Below, piece by piece: positions 11,464 to 24,876 of a stretch of 64,000 nt of DNA. The notes under the pieces are model-generated. The model worked only from the letters and a program-made list of their open reading frames with translations. It searched no databases and was not told the origin of the DNA. The DNA is taken from contig BFEA01000004.1 in the NCBI GenBank assembly GCA_003427395.1, forward strand, positions 4,994,982 through 5,058,981, in the 5' to 3' direction. The translations under genes and the position numbers were made by a program. Origin of the DNA: Chara braunii. Lineage: Eukaryota > Plantae > Charophyceae. How positions within the stretch are numbered: position 1 is the stretch's first letter; every line of letters begins with the position of its first letter.

Positions 11464-14233
11464 CACTGAGGGCACACTCATACAAAACACTCTGTAGATT
11501 GAATGTATGTGCTATGAGGTCCAAATACGGTTTTTTTTTTTTTTTTTTTTTTCTTTGATGGATCGCACCCTAACAATATAATGTCCGTCTTTTTTGTTTA
11601 TGCTACATTCTTCTCTCAACGTTGAGTTTTTTTTTTTTTTTTTTTTCGTGAGAATACCACAAAAAAAACACAGGAGGACCTAGACTCGACATAACTTAGC
11701 GTGCAGTGAAAATTAGGGTCGACAAAAACAGGCTCAACGGTAGTGGTGGTCTAATAGGTTTTCTTGAAGTCCTTTGGTTGTATTAATTGTATTGGCTCAA
11801 CGTGCATTATGAAGAGAGATCATTTTTAGTTAGGGATTCTATTAAATGATCAGATAGTCAATCAATGTCAATTGAAGTGGGAGAGCAATTGAGCCGATGT
11901 GGATTAGAAATGGGGGGTTCAAATGCAAGAAGCGGAAGCTGATCAGCCACAAGTGTACTCAAAGTGATTGATGTCATGCAAATGATGTATAGGTCGCTGC
12001 ACCTCGTGCATGGTGCACACACAGACCTGCAACACTGTAAAAAGCATCACCATATTGTGGACATCTGATTTGGTATGTACTATTTCTTGCGCGTGTGTAT
12101 TGGGAACGACGACGTCAGTCCATGCGGTTGATAGCATGGCCTCGAAGAAGATCTCTGACCCCTGTCCAGGGCGCGATGATCTCTGCTGGTCATGTACAAA
12201 TGAGGTTGCCATCTATTAGGTGGTAGTGGAGATGAGGAATTTCTCCGCCAAAACGGCCTCTGTGATGGCCGGTTTGGCCATTAATGCGTTGATGATGAGG
12301 ACGGTGAGGAAGGAGAGGAGGAGGAGGAGGAGGAGGAGGAGGAGGAGCGGATGACATAGCAATAGTTGGCAGAAGGGTGATGTACAAAGAAGATGTACGT
12401 GGTGGTGGTGACACATTTTCAGCAACAACCGCATTTATTAGATCATCCCTCGCATCCACTTCAACAACATATACGTTGTTTGCTACAACTGGCAAGGTTT
12501 CCTGCTGAATCAAAAACAACGGCTATTTCGATAATATTAAGAGAGAGTTAAGCCCCAATGCGTGTGCTTGTGCGGAGGACTGATGTTGCCCATGTTCAAA
12601 AATTCAAAACTGACATGCGAGAGTGGGTTGGGTCCTACTGCATGTGGTTGTGTGAACGGTTGATGTTGTCTGTATTGAGAATTTACATTTGGTAATGGCT
12701 AAGCAGTTAACCAGCGCATAATGCGGCAAACTAGTTCGTAAGCTGAGTGGATATGGGTGGGTCCTCATAGCTGCCAACCACTCACATAAGCAGTCCAACT
12801 TATGACCGGGACAATTGGGGGATGGTCTCGAACGAGCATAGGTTGTGTCAATGAATCACTGCAACTTTGAAGTCAATAGTATTATCGAAGCACGTCGACT
12901 TTCCCATGAGCACACCTGCAGGTTGACAAGCTGGGGCATTGGAGGAAACACTCGCGTAGCGTATGATAAGGAATGTCCAAGCCTCAACCTTATCGAAAAG
13001 GCAAATACGAGGTTTGCCATTTGACCAAACCGAGATTCTTGCCCTAACGAAAATAAATACCTATCTCGGTAAAAAGTGTTTTTCCACTTAAGATCACACC
13101 AAAGAGGGGGTGAAAACCTTTTATAAGGATGTCATTAATGGACTGATATGTGAATGTATATGTTTGAGAAGCTTGTAGACCTCACTAACAAAGTTGATCG
13201 AGAAATTGTGCCTCGTCCCATAGAGAGTGAGATTGACGGTTTCTCGTTCGACATTAGTGCCTATAGGAATACCAACCACCCAATGACGCAAAGTGTCATC
13301 CGTTGCATAAAGATATGTGCTAGCGACGACGAACGGCACATGCTATTCTATATTTGACATCGAGAGAGAAGTGTCGAGAGTCATGTGAAGCAACCCATTC
13401 CCTGTGACGAGGACCTCCCATTGTCATGTATGCTCGCACCGGTCACCTATCATGTGGAATTAGTTCCAAGGCATAATCATATGCTTCACGAACAACATTT
13501 AGCACATTGTTAAGAATTCAGTCATGCAATAGGCTAAGGTGTCTCGTTGTGACATCTGTCGTATACGTTGGAGAGGCTCGAAGAGAATGTGCATTGTACT
13601 TGAGATGCAAAATGACCTCCTCAACACTTTGCACAATCCAGCATTATCGCATGCCACCTTCTTGATGAACCTCATTATGCTTATTGTACAAAGACTTGAT
13701 CAAGCATGAGAGAGCATAGCAAACCAAATGGGTACACAACTACACAAAACACATGAGTATGCCAGACTGTTTGATTGATGGATAATGACTCACCACATCG
13801 TCAAAAGTCAGTGATCCCCCTGAGAAAAAGTGCATGTGTGTGTGTTTCATACGTTTTCATCATAACGACCCTTGTTCCACCCAAACAATGAAGCACAATT
13901 GAGACGAGTCAATCTAAAATAACATGGAGCAAAATACATCCATTATATCATTTTCCTTACTGTGTGTGTATATGTGTGGGTTTCCATGTCCTCCACAATA
14001 GCGTTGTGGCATGTTAGGTTGGAAGTGAACGGTTGCGAAGCCCAAAACAGACCCTTCAGCCAACATGGAACAAACTAAGTAGAGGAGGCATCCAAAAACC
14101 CAACTTTCTAGTGCATTAAGGTAAATACAAGCGAGGGTTATCGACATGAAGCACACGACACACTTTAGCACACTGATTAATACCTTAGGAAAAAACAAAC
14201 AAAAAAGGAAAAAAATAAATTTTAATGATGATA

Positions 14234-14296
14234 GATTGTTTCGTTGAACTTGCAAGACTCATCAGGAGGGTGAACCATTGACAGTTTGCAGAATCC
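14234..14296 (-). ncRNA. Degenerate complete type III hammerhead ribozyme
   Basis: Reverse complement: ggattctgcaaaCTGTC^aatggTTCAccctc CTGATGA gtcttgcaagttcaac GAA ACAatc; homologous to 53908-53952; stems partly mismatched. Confidence 0.7.
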
Positions 14297-15573
14297 TGAT
14301 ACTGATGCATTGAGTCATGAACCCTTCATTCGACTGTGAAAGTGGACAGACTGCAGCACGAGCAATAAAGCAATGACGCAGTGAGGCACAAGGCAATGCT
14401 GACAACACATCCAAACTAGAAGGCAAACAGGTATGCCATATGGAAGGACAAAGCAAGGTAAGTAGATGGCCAATTGGACAACAACACAGTGAAGCACATG
14501 GCAGCACTACCAAAACAACCATACTACACAACACACAAAGGCGTTGCATTGGAACAACAACACACGCGGATGGGCAACAAGGCAACAGTGCAGCGAAGCA
14601 CAAACTATATGGTGAACAAAAGTTGTAAGGAAAGACATGAGAAGCACGAAGGATGAGCAGCAAGGCAACGAAAAAATGCAAACACGCCACTCCACATACC
14701 CAACATGAACCAAGGCAACGAACAAATCCCTTTCTTTAGGATACCCCTTTGATTTACTCTTGCAGCCCCCCTTTTACTATGCCTCTCACGTACAAGGCTG
14801 GTCACGTTGGTTGTGGTTAAACCACTAGTACTTGGCCCAACTACCGATTGAGTCCAAGGCTGCTAGTGAGGCATCGCATGTGAAGGCTGCGACAACATAT
14901 TGGGCAAGTAATTAGGAGGTGGGAGGGATGAGTACAAAACAAAAGGTCGCAATTTTCGCAGCAGAGGTTGGCAGCGACCATCCCTTCGTAGTGGTCGGAG
15001 CACAGACTATATTGTGAGCATGCTAAGTTGCTAACCAAACTACAGCTACGTGCTGACAGAATGGGATGGCACAACCCTTGTCCTCGTGAAAGCCCTCTTC
15101 ACTCTCTGTGGTAGGTTCCGTCCGATGAACACAAGGAGGGGACGCTGTCTGGCCTTGCACAGCGGAAGGAGGTTTAGGTGGACTGCTGTCCAGAGGCCGC
15201 AGAACTTGCGAGTGCATTGAGACATACTGCTGCTCCTGTTCGCCGAGCCAAACCGAGTGACATTCTACCTCCTCCCATTGTGTGCACCCTACCGCCATTG
15301 TCCCATACGGTCCATGAATTACCTATAAAGGTAACACAGCACTGAAATGACGTCGTGAACGATGTAGGATGTACACACGAACATTTGGAATTTTGGATCC
15401 ATGCCTGACATGTGATTCTGTGGAGCAGGCTGGAGTTGTAGTCGTCTGCCCATAAATGCCATAGACAGTACTTCGATGTTCACGCCAGAATACAGCACTG
15501 CAGTCCTCTGGGCAGAGATCACGATGCTCTTCTTCTATCCAACGAACAATGTCTGCAAAATCAGAACAGTATA

Positions 15574-16269
15574 CGGATTTATTGGATCCTTCCCCCCCCA
15601 ACCCGCTATCACTTGTGGAGGTGGAACAACCATAAGATGGTTTTGGCTCCCAGCAGCGGGTTACTCAGGGTAGGCAGAGTAGGAGTGGTAGTGACGGGTC
15701 TCTGGGCGAGGGATGGCCCCCGCTGGTTCCCCCCCAGTGGTAAACTCCTTTGCCAGGGATGAAGGGATGCTAGACCCAGTTTTCAGCCGCTGGCCTGTGG
15801 CCAAGCCCTGTCCAGTCAATGCCCTGTCGCTCAGGGTAGATAAATGCTGGCAAAAAAAGATGACGGTGCAAAAACGAACCACAGAAAAAAAGAGGACAGT
15901 GCAGAGGATAGGAGTGTTTTTTGGTGCGGGCAGGGAGACGGAAGGAGCCCCCACTGGTGGCCCCCCCCCAGTGGCTTCGACCGGTATCCGGGCCAAGCCA
16001 AGGGTTGGAAAGGTGGACGGGCTGCTAGCTTTCTGAGTAGTACACTCCTGTTTTTTGGTTCAGCGAGGCATAGGACGCTGGCCCCGGTTTCCAGCACGGT
16101 TGGTTTTCTCTGTTTACTTCCTGCTCATGTTTTCCCTCAAATTTCTATGTATTTCATAAGGGACACCGAGCTCAGTTCTCAGCACGTGCTGCTCCCACGA
16201 ATAGATTGGAGCTTGCGTACACACACACACACACACACACACANAAAAAAAAAAAAAAAAAAAAAAAAA
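15574..16269 (+). mobile_element. 5'-truncated non-LTR retroposon ending in (CA)n and poly(A)
   Basis: AGTATA at 15568-15573 and 16270-16275 (TSD); the paralog at 5321-5340 shows the uninterrupted site CAGTATAGAGTTGC. Confidence 0.75.
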
Positions 16270-16679
16270 AGTATAAGAGTTGCAATTGTAGGCGAGGAGG
16301 AGACGTACATTGATGGAATAGTACGCACGGCCGCCTCAGTGTAGCACTATGAGACCATCTGATCCTGCAGATTGTGGGGTAGGGGGGGGGGGGTTACATT
16401 TAACTCTGCAGCTTGCACGGCAGGCAAAGATTCATTATGGTCTTGACTGTTTCTGTCAGGTTCCTCCGGCTGTATTAATTCCATTGGCTCTCGCATGCGC
16501 TCCGAAGAGACATCATCTTCAGTCGGGGGCTCCATCAAGTCATCATGAGGTGGATCACTGTTAATTGGGATAAGGGAGCAAGCAGCGCAGGGTGGATGAG
16601 AAATGGGTGGGGTCAAATGCATGAAGTGGAAGCTGGTCAGCCGCACTTGTGCTCAGAGTGGCTGTTGGGTAGCGACCGA

Positions 16680-17204
16680 AAATTGGTGTACGGAATTAGG
16701 CTCATGGACGATGTCTCCCTGTTCTTGGTTTACCAGCACGGGAAGCCGCACTCAATTGGGAAAGTGAACAGGATTCGAAAAAAGTTTGAAAGATGCTATC
16801 CAAAAGCACTGTCACTGAAACGAACCGACGAGAGGACCGGGACCTGGGACTTCCTCGGCTGCAAAATGGAAGTCAGGTCACGTTTTCCATACCTGGGCAG
16901 TATACAACGGACAAAGAATAAAGGGACCATATGGTCCACCCACGACATCCTTTTCAGGACGGGGCAGGATTTTCACTCATGGTCGAGTCGGAAGCAGAAA
17001 TTGGCCTCGATCACAGGGTGGCTGCATCGAATCGACAAAAACACCTCGGTACGGACAAGCATCCCGAAACAGGTTCTGACCCTGAGACTGGAGTACCGGG
17101 CAAAAAGATTTTCGGACACCTTTTTTGGGACAGCGCACCGAAATTTTGCTCGGATGCGGGATGAGATGTGGCAGTTCACAGCGGAGTTACTAGAGGTTAG
17201 ATAG
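16680..17204 (+). pseudogene. 5'-truncated PLE RT C-terminus (second subfamily)
   Basis: RLMDDV, CYPKALSLKRTD...WDFLG, FHSW...LHRIDKNTS align with 6656-7447. Confidence 0.85.
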
Positions 17205-19844
17205 GTATCTAGACTATTAATAGCATTTCTTTTGCTGTTCTCGTCCTCTTTTCACGGCATGGCGACGGGGGTTACCCCGGAATGGGTTGGAGGAATGTGG
17301 TGCATAGTCTGGGGAAGAAGCCGAGGCAGGGAGATTGTAGTGATTCTCGAGTCTGTTTCTGCGGAACTCTGGGGTCTTTGCTACTGTTCTCAATACATGT
17401 TGTGTCGAGTTACATTTGGACTACGATCATTGGTCGTGTGTGTATCGATCTCTGATTGCTTGTGTATGTTATCTCACCCCTGGCTGTTCGTTGTGCAAAT
17501 GCTGCACCGGTGGCAGCACCCTATGTCTGGTGCACATGCAGGTCTGCAGTGCTAAGAAATCATCGCCACATTGTGGGCATCAGACTCGATATGTACTATT
17601 TGTGGCTAGTGCATATTGAGAGCGACGATGCCGTTCCGTATGATTGAGAGCATAGCGTCAGAGAAGATCTCTAACCCCTGGATAGGGCGCGGTGATCATG
17701 CTGTCGAAGGACAGATGAGGCCGCTGTCTTGGAGATGGCGGTGAAGAAGCAGAACGTCTTTGCCAAAGAGACATCTGTGATGGCCGGCCTGACCGTGGAT
17801 GCCTCCTCCAATGGGCCTTTTGTGCGGCTGATCTGACCATGAATGTGTGATGATGAGGTTGATAACAAAGGGGAGGCGTGCAAGGTGGAGGATGAGCAGG
17901 AGGAGGAGGAGCAAGAGGCAGGAGAGGAGGACAACGGGGACAAAGAGGCAGATGACTGGTGATGGTGATGGTGATGGTGGTGGTGATGATGGTGGTTGGT
18001 GGTGCCAGTGATGGCAGTGGTCGTGGTGGTGGTAGTGGTTTAGGGGGGGGATGATGGCGGAGGAGGAGGTGTTGGTGTTGGTGCTGGTGGTGGTCGCGGC
18101 GGCGGCCGTGGCGGTGCAGAAAATACATTTTCTGCAGCAATCATTGCACTGGTAGGATGCAGGCCTTCATCTCCCGCAGCCACTTTGACAGCGTCTATAT
18201 TGTTTGTTGAGGCTAGCCTGGTCTCCAGTTGAGTTGGCATATCCACATTACCATCTGCCATTTCAGTAGGGAAAACAGGAGAGGGTGGGCCCGCTGCATT
18301 TGACTGTGTGTGGAGGGCTGATGCTGCATGCGGTCGAAATTCATGTTCGCGAGTGGGTGGTGGCCTATTGTGTGAGGTTGTGTGGAGGACCTGTGCGCAG
18401 AACTAGCATTTGGCAGTGGGTGAGCAATGGCCCAGCGCACCATGCAGCGAAACCAATTTGAGAGCCGTGTGACATGAGTGGTGGGTAGGGTAGCCGTCCC
18501 TGCCGGGCACGCACATATGCAGTCCAGCCTCTGGTTAGGACACTGGGAGGATGGCCCCTAACAAGCATATATACATCATGCCACGGAAGTCACTGCAGCT
18601 TTGAAGTCAGCAGTATTGTTATATATACGTTGGAACCTCGTTAACTGTCCCATAAGCGCACACCTGCCGGCTGATGAGCTGGGGCATTGGAGGAAGCACT
18701 GGGAATGTCCAAGCCTCAGCCTTGTCAAGCACACCAATGCGAAGTGAGCCGTCTGATCGAACCAGGATTCTTGCGATCAAGCATGCTCATGTGCCCATGC
18801 ATTTGTGCTCGAAATGACTTGGAAAACAAAAACAAAAACAAAACATCAAATATCAGAAAAGAGTAAAAACAAAAGACAGAAGGAAACTCGCAAAGTTTTC
18901 ATTCGGGGCCTGTTTTTCGCAAACCTTGTGCTGCCCTCTCGTCTGTACGTTGGTTTGACAGCTGGCCGGGTACCGGTACCTGACTCCTTTTTTTCCAAGG
19001 CTGGTACCAGTGAGTTACAGACTCAGACAATTGTTTTCCTTTGTTCATACCAATGAAGGCTCGCGCCATCGCTGAATCCGACTGATCTTCTATTTCCCAC
19101 TGCGGATCCGGGAAACCCAGAGGCAGATTCATACAAAGCCAAAAAAGAACCCAGGTGGTGGGTGTAGGGATGGAACCTGTCCTTTGCCCATCCGTTTCTT
19201 CAACTCCTTCCACTACTCCATCTCCTTTGCCTCCTTTCTCCATAATCTTTTTCTAGATACCACAGGGAGGTGAAAATCGCCGCTGGGCGTTTTTTTCTGA
19301 CCCAGAAAAGGCGAGCCAGAGCAGGGAGACAGGTTCCTTGACAGGGCGTTCATGATGATCAACAGAAAAAGCGAGCGCGGTTCTTTGGCAGCACTGCTGA
19401 CATGCACAAAGCCAAAGAAATGTCTGTGCATCTGCGCAGTAGTTGCGAAAGACAAAGTTAGGTGGAAAACACAGACAGAAGGAGAAGAAAAGGGGACGGC
19501 GTACACAACGGACTTCGACCGGAAACACTGATGCCCACAGCCAGCCAAAGAAATGTCATGTATTTACACAGCAGGAGAGGAACAGGTACAAGGAAGAGGC
19601 ACACGAAAAAAAAAAAAAAAAAAAAAAAAAAAGAAGAAGAAGAAGAAGAAGAAGAAGAAAGAAAAAGAAAGTGAAAAAAAAATCACCATGGTAAATATGA
19701 TGGTTTGGTAAAAGGTCAAAATTGCACGACAACGATCCAGCTGGAAGCCGGAACGAGCGCTGTCACAAACAAAACCGGACTCGGAACTGTGGCTAAGTAA
19801 GATACACAGACTTTCGGATAGATAGCGGGGTGGAGTATGTGTGC

Positions 19845-20300
19845 CTAGTAAATGACAGCCAGGCCCTTGACCTCTTCGACAAGCTCCTTGTATTCACTCT
19901 GCAGCTTTGCTGCATCTTCTTCGCTAACTTCTGCCTTCCCGCCTGACGGCATGACAAGAACACAGCACGTAGGCCGCTTGCTCTGCCCTGCTGCGCCGAG
20001 GTCCTCTTTCGAAGGGACGAAAACGTACGGAATATCCGATTCTTCGCAAAGAACAGGAAGATGCGATATCACATCGATAGGCGAGATGTTGCCAGCAACG
20101 ATACAAACTCCTTTCGCTCCTTTCCGGAGAGCCTTGACGACTTCCTTCACTCCTCGTTTCAGTTGCTTGCTCTTCGACGCGCGTTTCACCAGCTTCAGCG
20201 CCTTCTTCGTGAGCTTCTTCCCTGCCAGCGGCTTTGCGATGGGCGATATCGACTGCCATTTCAGCTTCTCCTTTCTCTCTGTCTCTGAATCGCTCCCCAT
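19845..20300 (-). CDS. NHP2: H/ACA ribonucleoprotein complex subunit 2 (L7Ae family), 151 aa, intronless CDS
   Basis: MGSDSE...SPIAKPLAGKKL...LKRGVKEVVK...IVAGNISPIDVISHLPVLCEESDIPYVFVPSKEDLGAAGQSKRPTCCVLV; ATG at 20300. Confidence 0.95.
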   Translation of the reverse strand: MGSDSETERKEKLKWQSISPIAKPLAGKKLTKKALKLVKRASKSKQLKRGVKEVVKALRKGAKGVCIVAGNISPIDVISHLPVLCEESDIPYVFVPSKEDLGAAGQSKRPTCCVLVMPSGGKAEVSEEDAAKLQSEYKELVEEVKGLAVIY

Positions 20301-20823
20301 CTGAATCTGATACGAACTTCTTCCGTGCAACACTAACGAACGTAGTGACACAGGCAGGCGCACTCGGTTGCTCAAGTCTTCCTCCCTGTCCTCTCGTCCT
20401 TTTGTGACTATGACCTCTCTTTACTAGATAGAGACAAACGAACCAGTCCACCTAACCTCCCAGCAACAAACAGCTAAACCATTCCGATGCCAGGCACTTC
20501 TAACAACCTCTGGTGCAAGACTAACCGAACAGCTAGCTCCCCCCACCCCCTTCTTGTCATGAACTTGAAAACTTTCGCAGGACTACACAATCAAAATTTC
20601 CTGCACTCTTTCCACCACCCACCAAATCATGCTTGGCATATAAATCTCATAATAAAGAAAAAGTGGGATCCCAACCTCCTTGTTCACAAAGTGTTACGCC
20701 TGTCTCCGATTAACCATTTCAGACCGCACTGATCCGCACTGATCACTTTCCTGCAGTACACAAGATGCCACCTGCACACACAGACACACACATCCATCCT
20801 CGTTAAAAGCAACACAAGCATGG

Positions 20824-20875
<52 letters not shown>

Positions 20876-20951
20876 ACACTACACAGAGGCAGGCATGTGC
20901 ACCCACATTAACACACGTTGATCCCGGTTAAAAGCAAATACAAGAGAGTGT

Positions 20952-21027
<76 letters not shown>

Positions 21028-21705
21028 TCACACACATAGATCATGGTCTGTAATCAACCACGCTCATAACACAGACAGGCCAGGTAGCATCTCAGTTGCC
21101 AGCGAGGACGACGGGTGCATCACAGGGGGATAAATTCCGGATTCCATCCTTGGCCGCAAAGCGAATGTCCTATTCGTTGTGGCGCACACACACAACGTCT
21201 AGAGGTCGGGGAGCTCTACAGACACATGGATACATAAACCATTCCATCGCCACAGTTACCTCACGGCAGAGACGATTAACATCGCCGTCGTTCACGTCTT
21301 CTCACAGAAGAAGCCACTGGGATGCTGGCTAACACAGTTCCTGTTTTAGGGTTTAGGGTATCAGAGTGTGCAGGCAAGAGGAGGAGGAAGGAAACAAAAT
21401 GTATGACAACAAACGATCAAAACATAATAAACTACTACAAAAATAAAATCAAACCGAACAGTGATGGCCTAATGCTGTTTCCGTCATACAGTTTCAGGTA
21501 GCCTGGAAGCACAAATCCAAAACCCACCAACGGGCCCTTTCTCAGTTGCTGTATTTGGCACAACTTTCAGCCCAGATACGGCGATAATTACCGGGCGTTC
21601 TATTCGGGTGAAGACGGTAGTCAACCTTACCCACCCATCTAATCTACCTTATCCTCCTTGCATCTGATGCTCATGACTCTCAACCATAGCCATAGCCACC
21701 TGAGC

Positions 21706-21960
21706 CCATGTCGGGATCCTTATCCTCCTCTAGGTCGGGATCCTTATCCTCCTCTATGTCGGGATCCTTATCCTCCTCTAGGTCGGGATCCTTATCCTCC
21801 TCTAGGTCGGGATCCTTATCCTCCTCTAGGTCGGGATCCTTATTCTCCTCTACGTCGGGATCCTTGTCCTTCTCTATGTTGAGATCCTTGTCCTTCTCTA
21901 TGTCGGGATCCTTGTCGTCCTCTATGTCGGGACCCTTATCCTCCTCGATGTCTGGATTCT
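21706..21960. repeat. 24-bp minisatellite (~10 units)
   Basis: Unit GTCGGGATCCTTATCCTCCTCTA(G/T). Confidence 0.9.
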
Positions 21961-22332
21961 TGTCCGCCAAGGGAAGATTCTACCTAACCAACCCCACCAA
22001 TATTCGTTGACGTTGAAGACAATACCCAAGCTCTATCCTCTTGTTTTTTTCTACTCCTCTTTGGATAAGCCACATACCAGAACAACAAAGAACAATCGGA
22101 CACACAACCCTTAAACCCTAACCTAAAAAAACCCTTTTTCAGGGGTAAAACTCACTTTCAGCATGCTAATGAAAGAAAAAAATAATAAAAATTCACGATG
22201 TGGTAGGCTTCAACGCCCCGACAACTACATACAGCTGGCATGTACACCAAGGAAACCCTTCCCCGTGATCAACGCCCAAGGACCTTCATCCAACAAAAAA
22301 AAACTGAGGCGAGATCCTTCCCCGCTATATAT

Positions 22333-22496
22333 CATCAAACAGAGGATCTGCCTACGGTAAACCGTAGGGGCAGAGAGGAGAGGGAGGGGGAGAAGAGGAC
22401 AACAAACAAGGGAGGGAGAAGAGGACAACCAACGAGGGAGGGGCTGTGACAAACTGTTTCGTCGTCGGACTTTCACCTACCGACTCATCAGGAGGC
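22333..22496 (-). mobile_element. Hammerhead-core short element, diverged copy (partial second copy to ~22540)
   Basis: Reverse complement GCCTC CTGATGA GTCGG...CCGAC...GAAACAGTTTGTCACAGCCC; 3' hairpin; ends TGATG|ATATAT. Confidence 0.8.
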
Positions 22497-23605
22497 AGAG
22501 AGGGAGAAGAGGTCAACAAACGAGGGGCTGTGACAAAACTGCATCCAGTCTTCCACACAACAAAATTGGCAGAAAACAAACGGAAAAAAGAGTGAGTCGG
22601 GAGGACTGGGACACCGGAAAGACAGAGAATTAAGAGAGAGAGAAGAGAAATGGGGGAACGGTGAGAAGAAAAACGGCAAAGAACTGGGGGAAAGGCAATA
22701 AAAGAGGTGAGATAACCAAGAAGACGATGAGAAGGGGAAAGAGAAGCAACAACGACAAAAAAAGAGAGAAGAGAAAGGCGAGCGGGAAGAGGGGACAGAG
22801 GGGAAAGAGAGAAGAGACGGGAGACCGAACACAGGGGAGACAGGGAAGAGAGGGACAAAGGGGAGAGGGAGAGAGGGAGAGAGGGAGAGAGGGAGAGAGG
22901 GNNNNNNNNNNNNNNNNNNNNNNNNNNNNNNNNNNNNNNNNNNNNNNNNNNNNNNNNNNNNNNNNNNNNNNNNNNNNNNNNNNNNNNNNNNNNNNNNNNN
23001 NNNNNNNNNNNNNNNNNNNNNNNNNNNNNNNNNNNNNNNNNNNNNNNNNNNNNNNNNNNNNNNNNNNNNNNNNNNNNNNNNNNNNNNNNNNNNNNNNNNN
23101 NNNNNNNNNNNNNNNNNNNNNNNNNNNNNNNNNNNNNNNNNNNNNNNNNNNNNNNNNNNNNNNNNNNNNNNNNNNNNNNNNNNNNNNNNNNNNNNNNNNN
23201 NNNNNNNNNNNNNNNNNNNNNNNNNNNNNNNNNNNNNNNNNNNNNNNNNNNNNNNNNNNNNNNNNNNNNNNNNNNNNNNNNNNNNNNNNNNNNNNNNNNN
23301 NNNNNNNNNNNNNNNNNNNNNNNNNNNNNNNNNNNNNNNNNNNNNNNNNNNNNNNNNNNNNNNNNNNNNNNNNNNNNNNNNNNNNNNNNNNNNNNNNNNN
23401 NNNNNNNNNNNNNNNNNNNNNNNNNNNNNNNNNNNNNNNNNNNNNNNNNNNNNNNNNNNNNNNNNNNNNNNNNNNNNNNNNNNNNNNNNNNNNNNNNNNN
23501 NNNNNNNNNNNNNNNNNNNNNNNNNNNNNNNNNNNNNNNNNNNNNNNNNNNNNNNNNNNNNNNNNNNNNNNNNNNNNNNNNNNNNNNNNNNNNNNNNNNN
23601 NNNNN

Positions 23606-23690
<85 letters not shown>

Positions 23691-24810
23691 AGCGCCAAGA
23701 AGCAGGATCTGCAGCAGGAGGTGAATGTAGAAGACGATGAAGACAAGATGAAAACCTTTGTAGCTTTCCTAGCCTGTGTAAGTGTGATGAGGTCTTTCTT
23801 GCACTCTCCCGAGGCTGAGGAGAAGAACGATGTGGAGGAAAAGAATCACACAAAGGAAGAAAAAAAAAGGCCATGGAGAAGTAGGAACGAAAACATGAAA
23901 ACCCTTGTAGTCGTCCTAAGTTCCTAACCCCTGTGCAAGTATGATGATGGCCTTTCCCACACTCTCACGGAGGCTGGGCGATATTGGCATCCCAGGCAGA
24001 AGGATGGAAGAAGAGGAGGAAAAGTATGATGTGGAGGTGCTGAAGTGGAGACGGATGACATAGAGAAGGACATTGAGGAGGAGAAAGATGAGGAGGCGGA
24101 GGGACCACATGGCAAACAAAACAGAAAGCAAAATTGTCATCAATAAAGAGAAAGCTAAAAGGATTTTACCATAGCCTCCTCCTCCTCCTCCCCCTCCTCC
24201 CCCTTTTCGTCTCCAACTTCGTCAAATCAGCACCCTCATCTTCCTCCCCCTCCCCCCCCTCTCATCATCATCATCATCGTCATCTAATCTCTCCTCCCCC
24301 CCCCTTCCTCTTCTTCCACCCCTTTTATCTTCGAATTATCATCGTTTCCCCATTCCCTTCCTTTCCCGTGCTCTCCTGCAGGGTAGGAGGATATTCACCT
24401 CTACCTTCTTCCCCCCAGTCATTATAGCTGTATTTGGGGTATCTTGCAGCCTAAATACAGATATAATAAACGTACGTTGTATTCGGGGGAAGAAGGTAGG
24501 GTTATACATGGAACAGGACATATGCAGAGGCCGACGTGAACGAGGACGAAGCGGAGAGGAGGACATGAAGGAGGACAACAGAAGAATTACGCGCAGGCGA
24601 GAGACATTGAAGGGAAAAGTAGGGAGCAAGGCATATGGTAAAGCAGAACAGAAAGAGAGAATCCGAATTAATCATGAGAGCCAAATTAAGCCACCATTCC
24701 CATCCCACTTCTTCCTGCCGTCAGCAACGTCATATCCCTATCCCTCCTCCTCCTCCTCAGCTCTCTCTCTGATAAGAAACCAAAGTACTTCATTCTCCTT
24801 TCTCACCCCA

Positions 24811-24876
<66 letters not shown>

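Larger units (their letters stand above)
4600..13700 (-). pseudogene. Decayed multi-segment gene/TE relic, copy A (PHD-like Cys/His cluster), interrupted by the PLE
   Basis: Colinear homology to 14800-18790: YCTHPRPHLIAC vs FCTHPSHLLITC; ATAAATGCCATAGA; AGAGTTGCAATTGTA; PAITEAVLAEKF vs PAITDVSLAKTF; DKVEAWTF vs DKAEAWTF. Many stops. Ends approximate. Confidence 0.55.
14800..18790 (-). pseudogene. Decayed multi-segment gene/TE relic, copy B (PHD-like)
   Basis: CENCDLLFCTHPSHLLITCPICCRSLHMRCL (14841-15074); colinear with copy A; interrupted by two insertions. Ends approximate. Confidence 0.55.

Noticed and set aside
19852-20451. Antisense and alternative-frame ORFs over NHP2
   Set aside because: Shadow ORFs of a GC-rich CDS.
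21680-21970. EEDKDPDL repeat protein ORF
   Set aside because: By-product of a 24-bp minisatellite; no splice or domain support.
22352-23874. Long ORFs spanning N gaps and microsatellites (also 26659, 46409, 56544 and others)
   Set aside because: Open only because of Ns and simple repeats.
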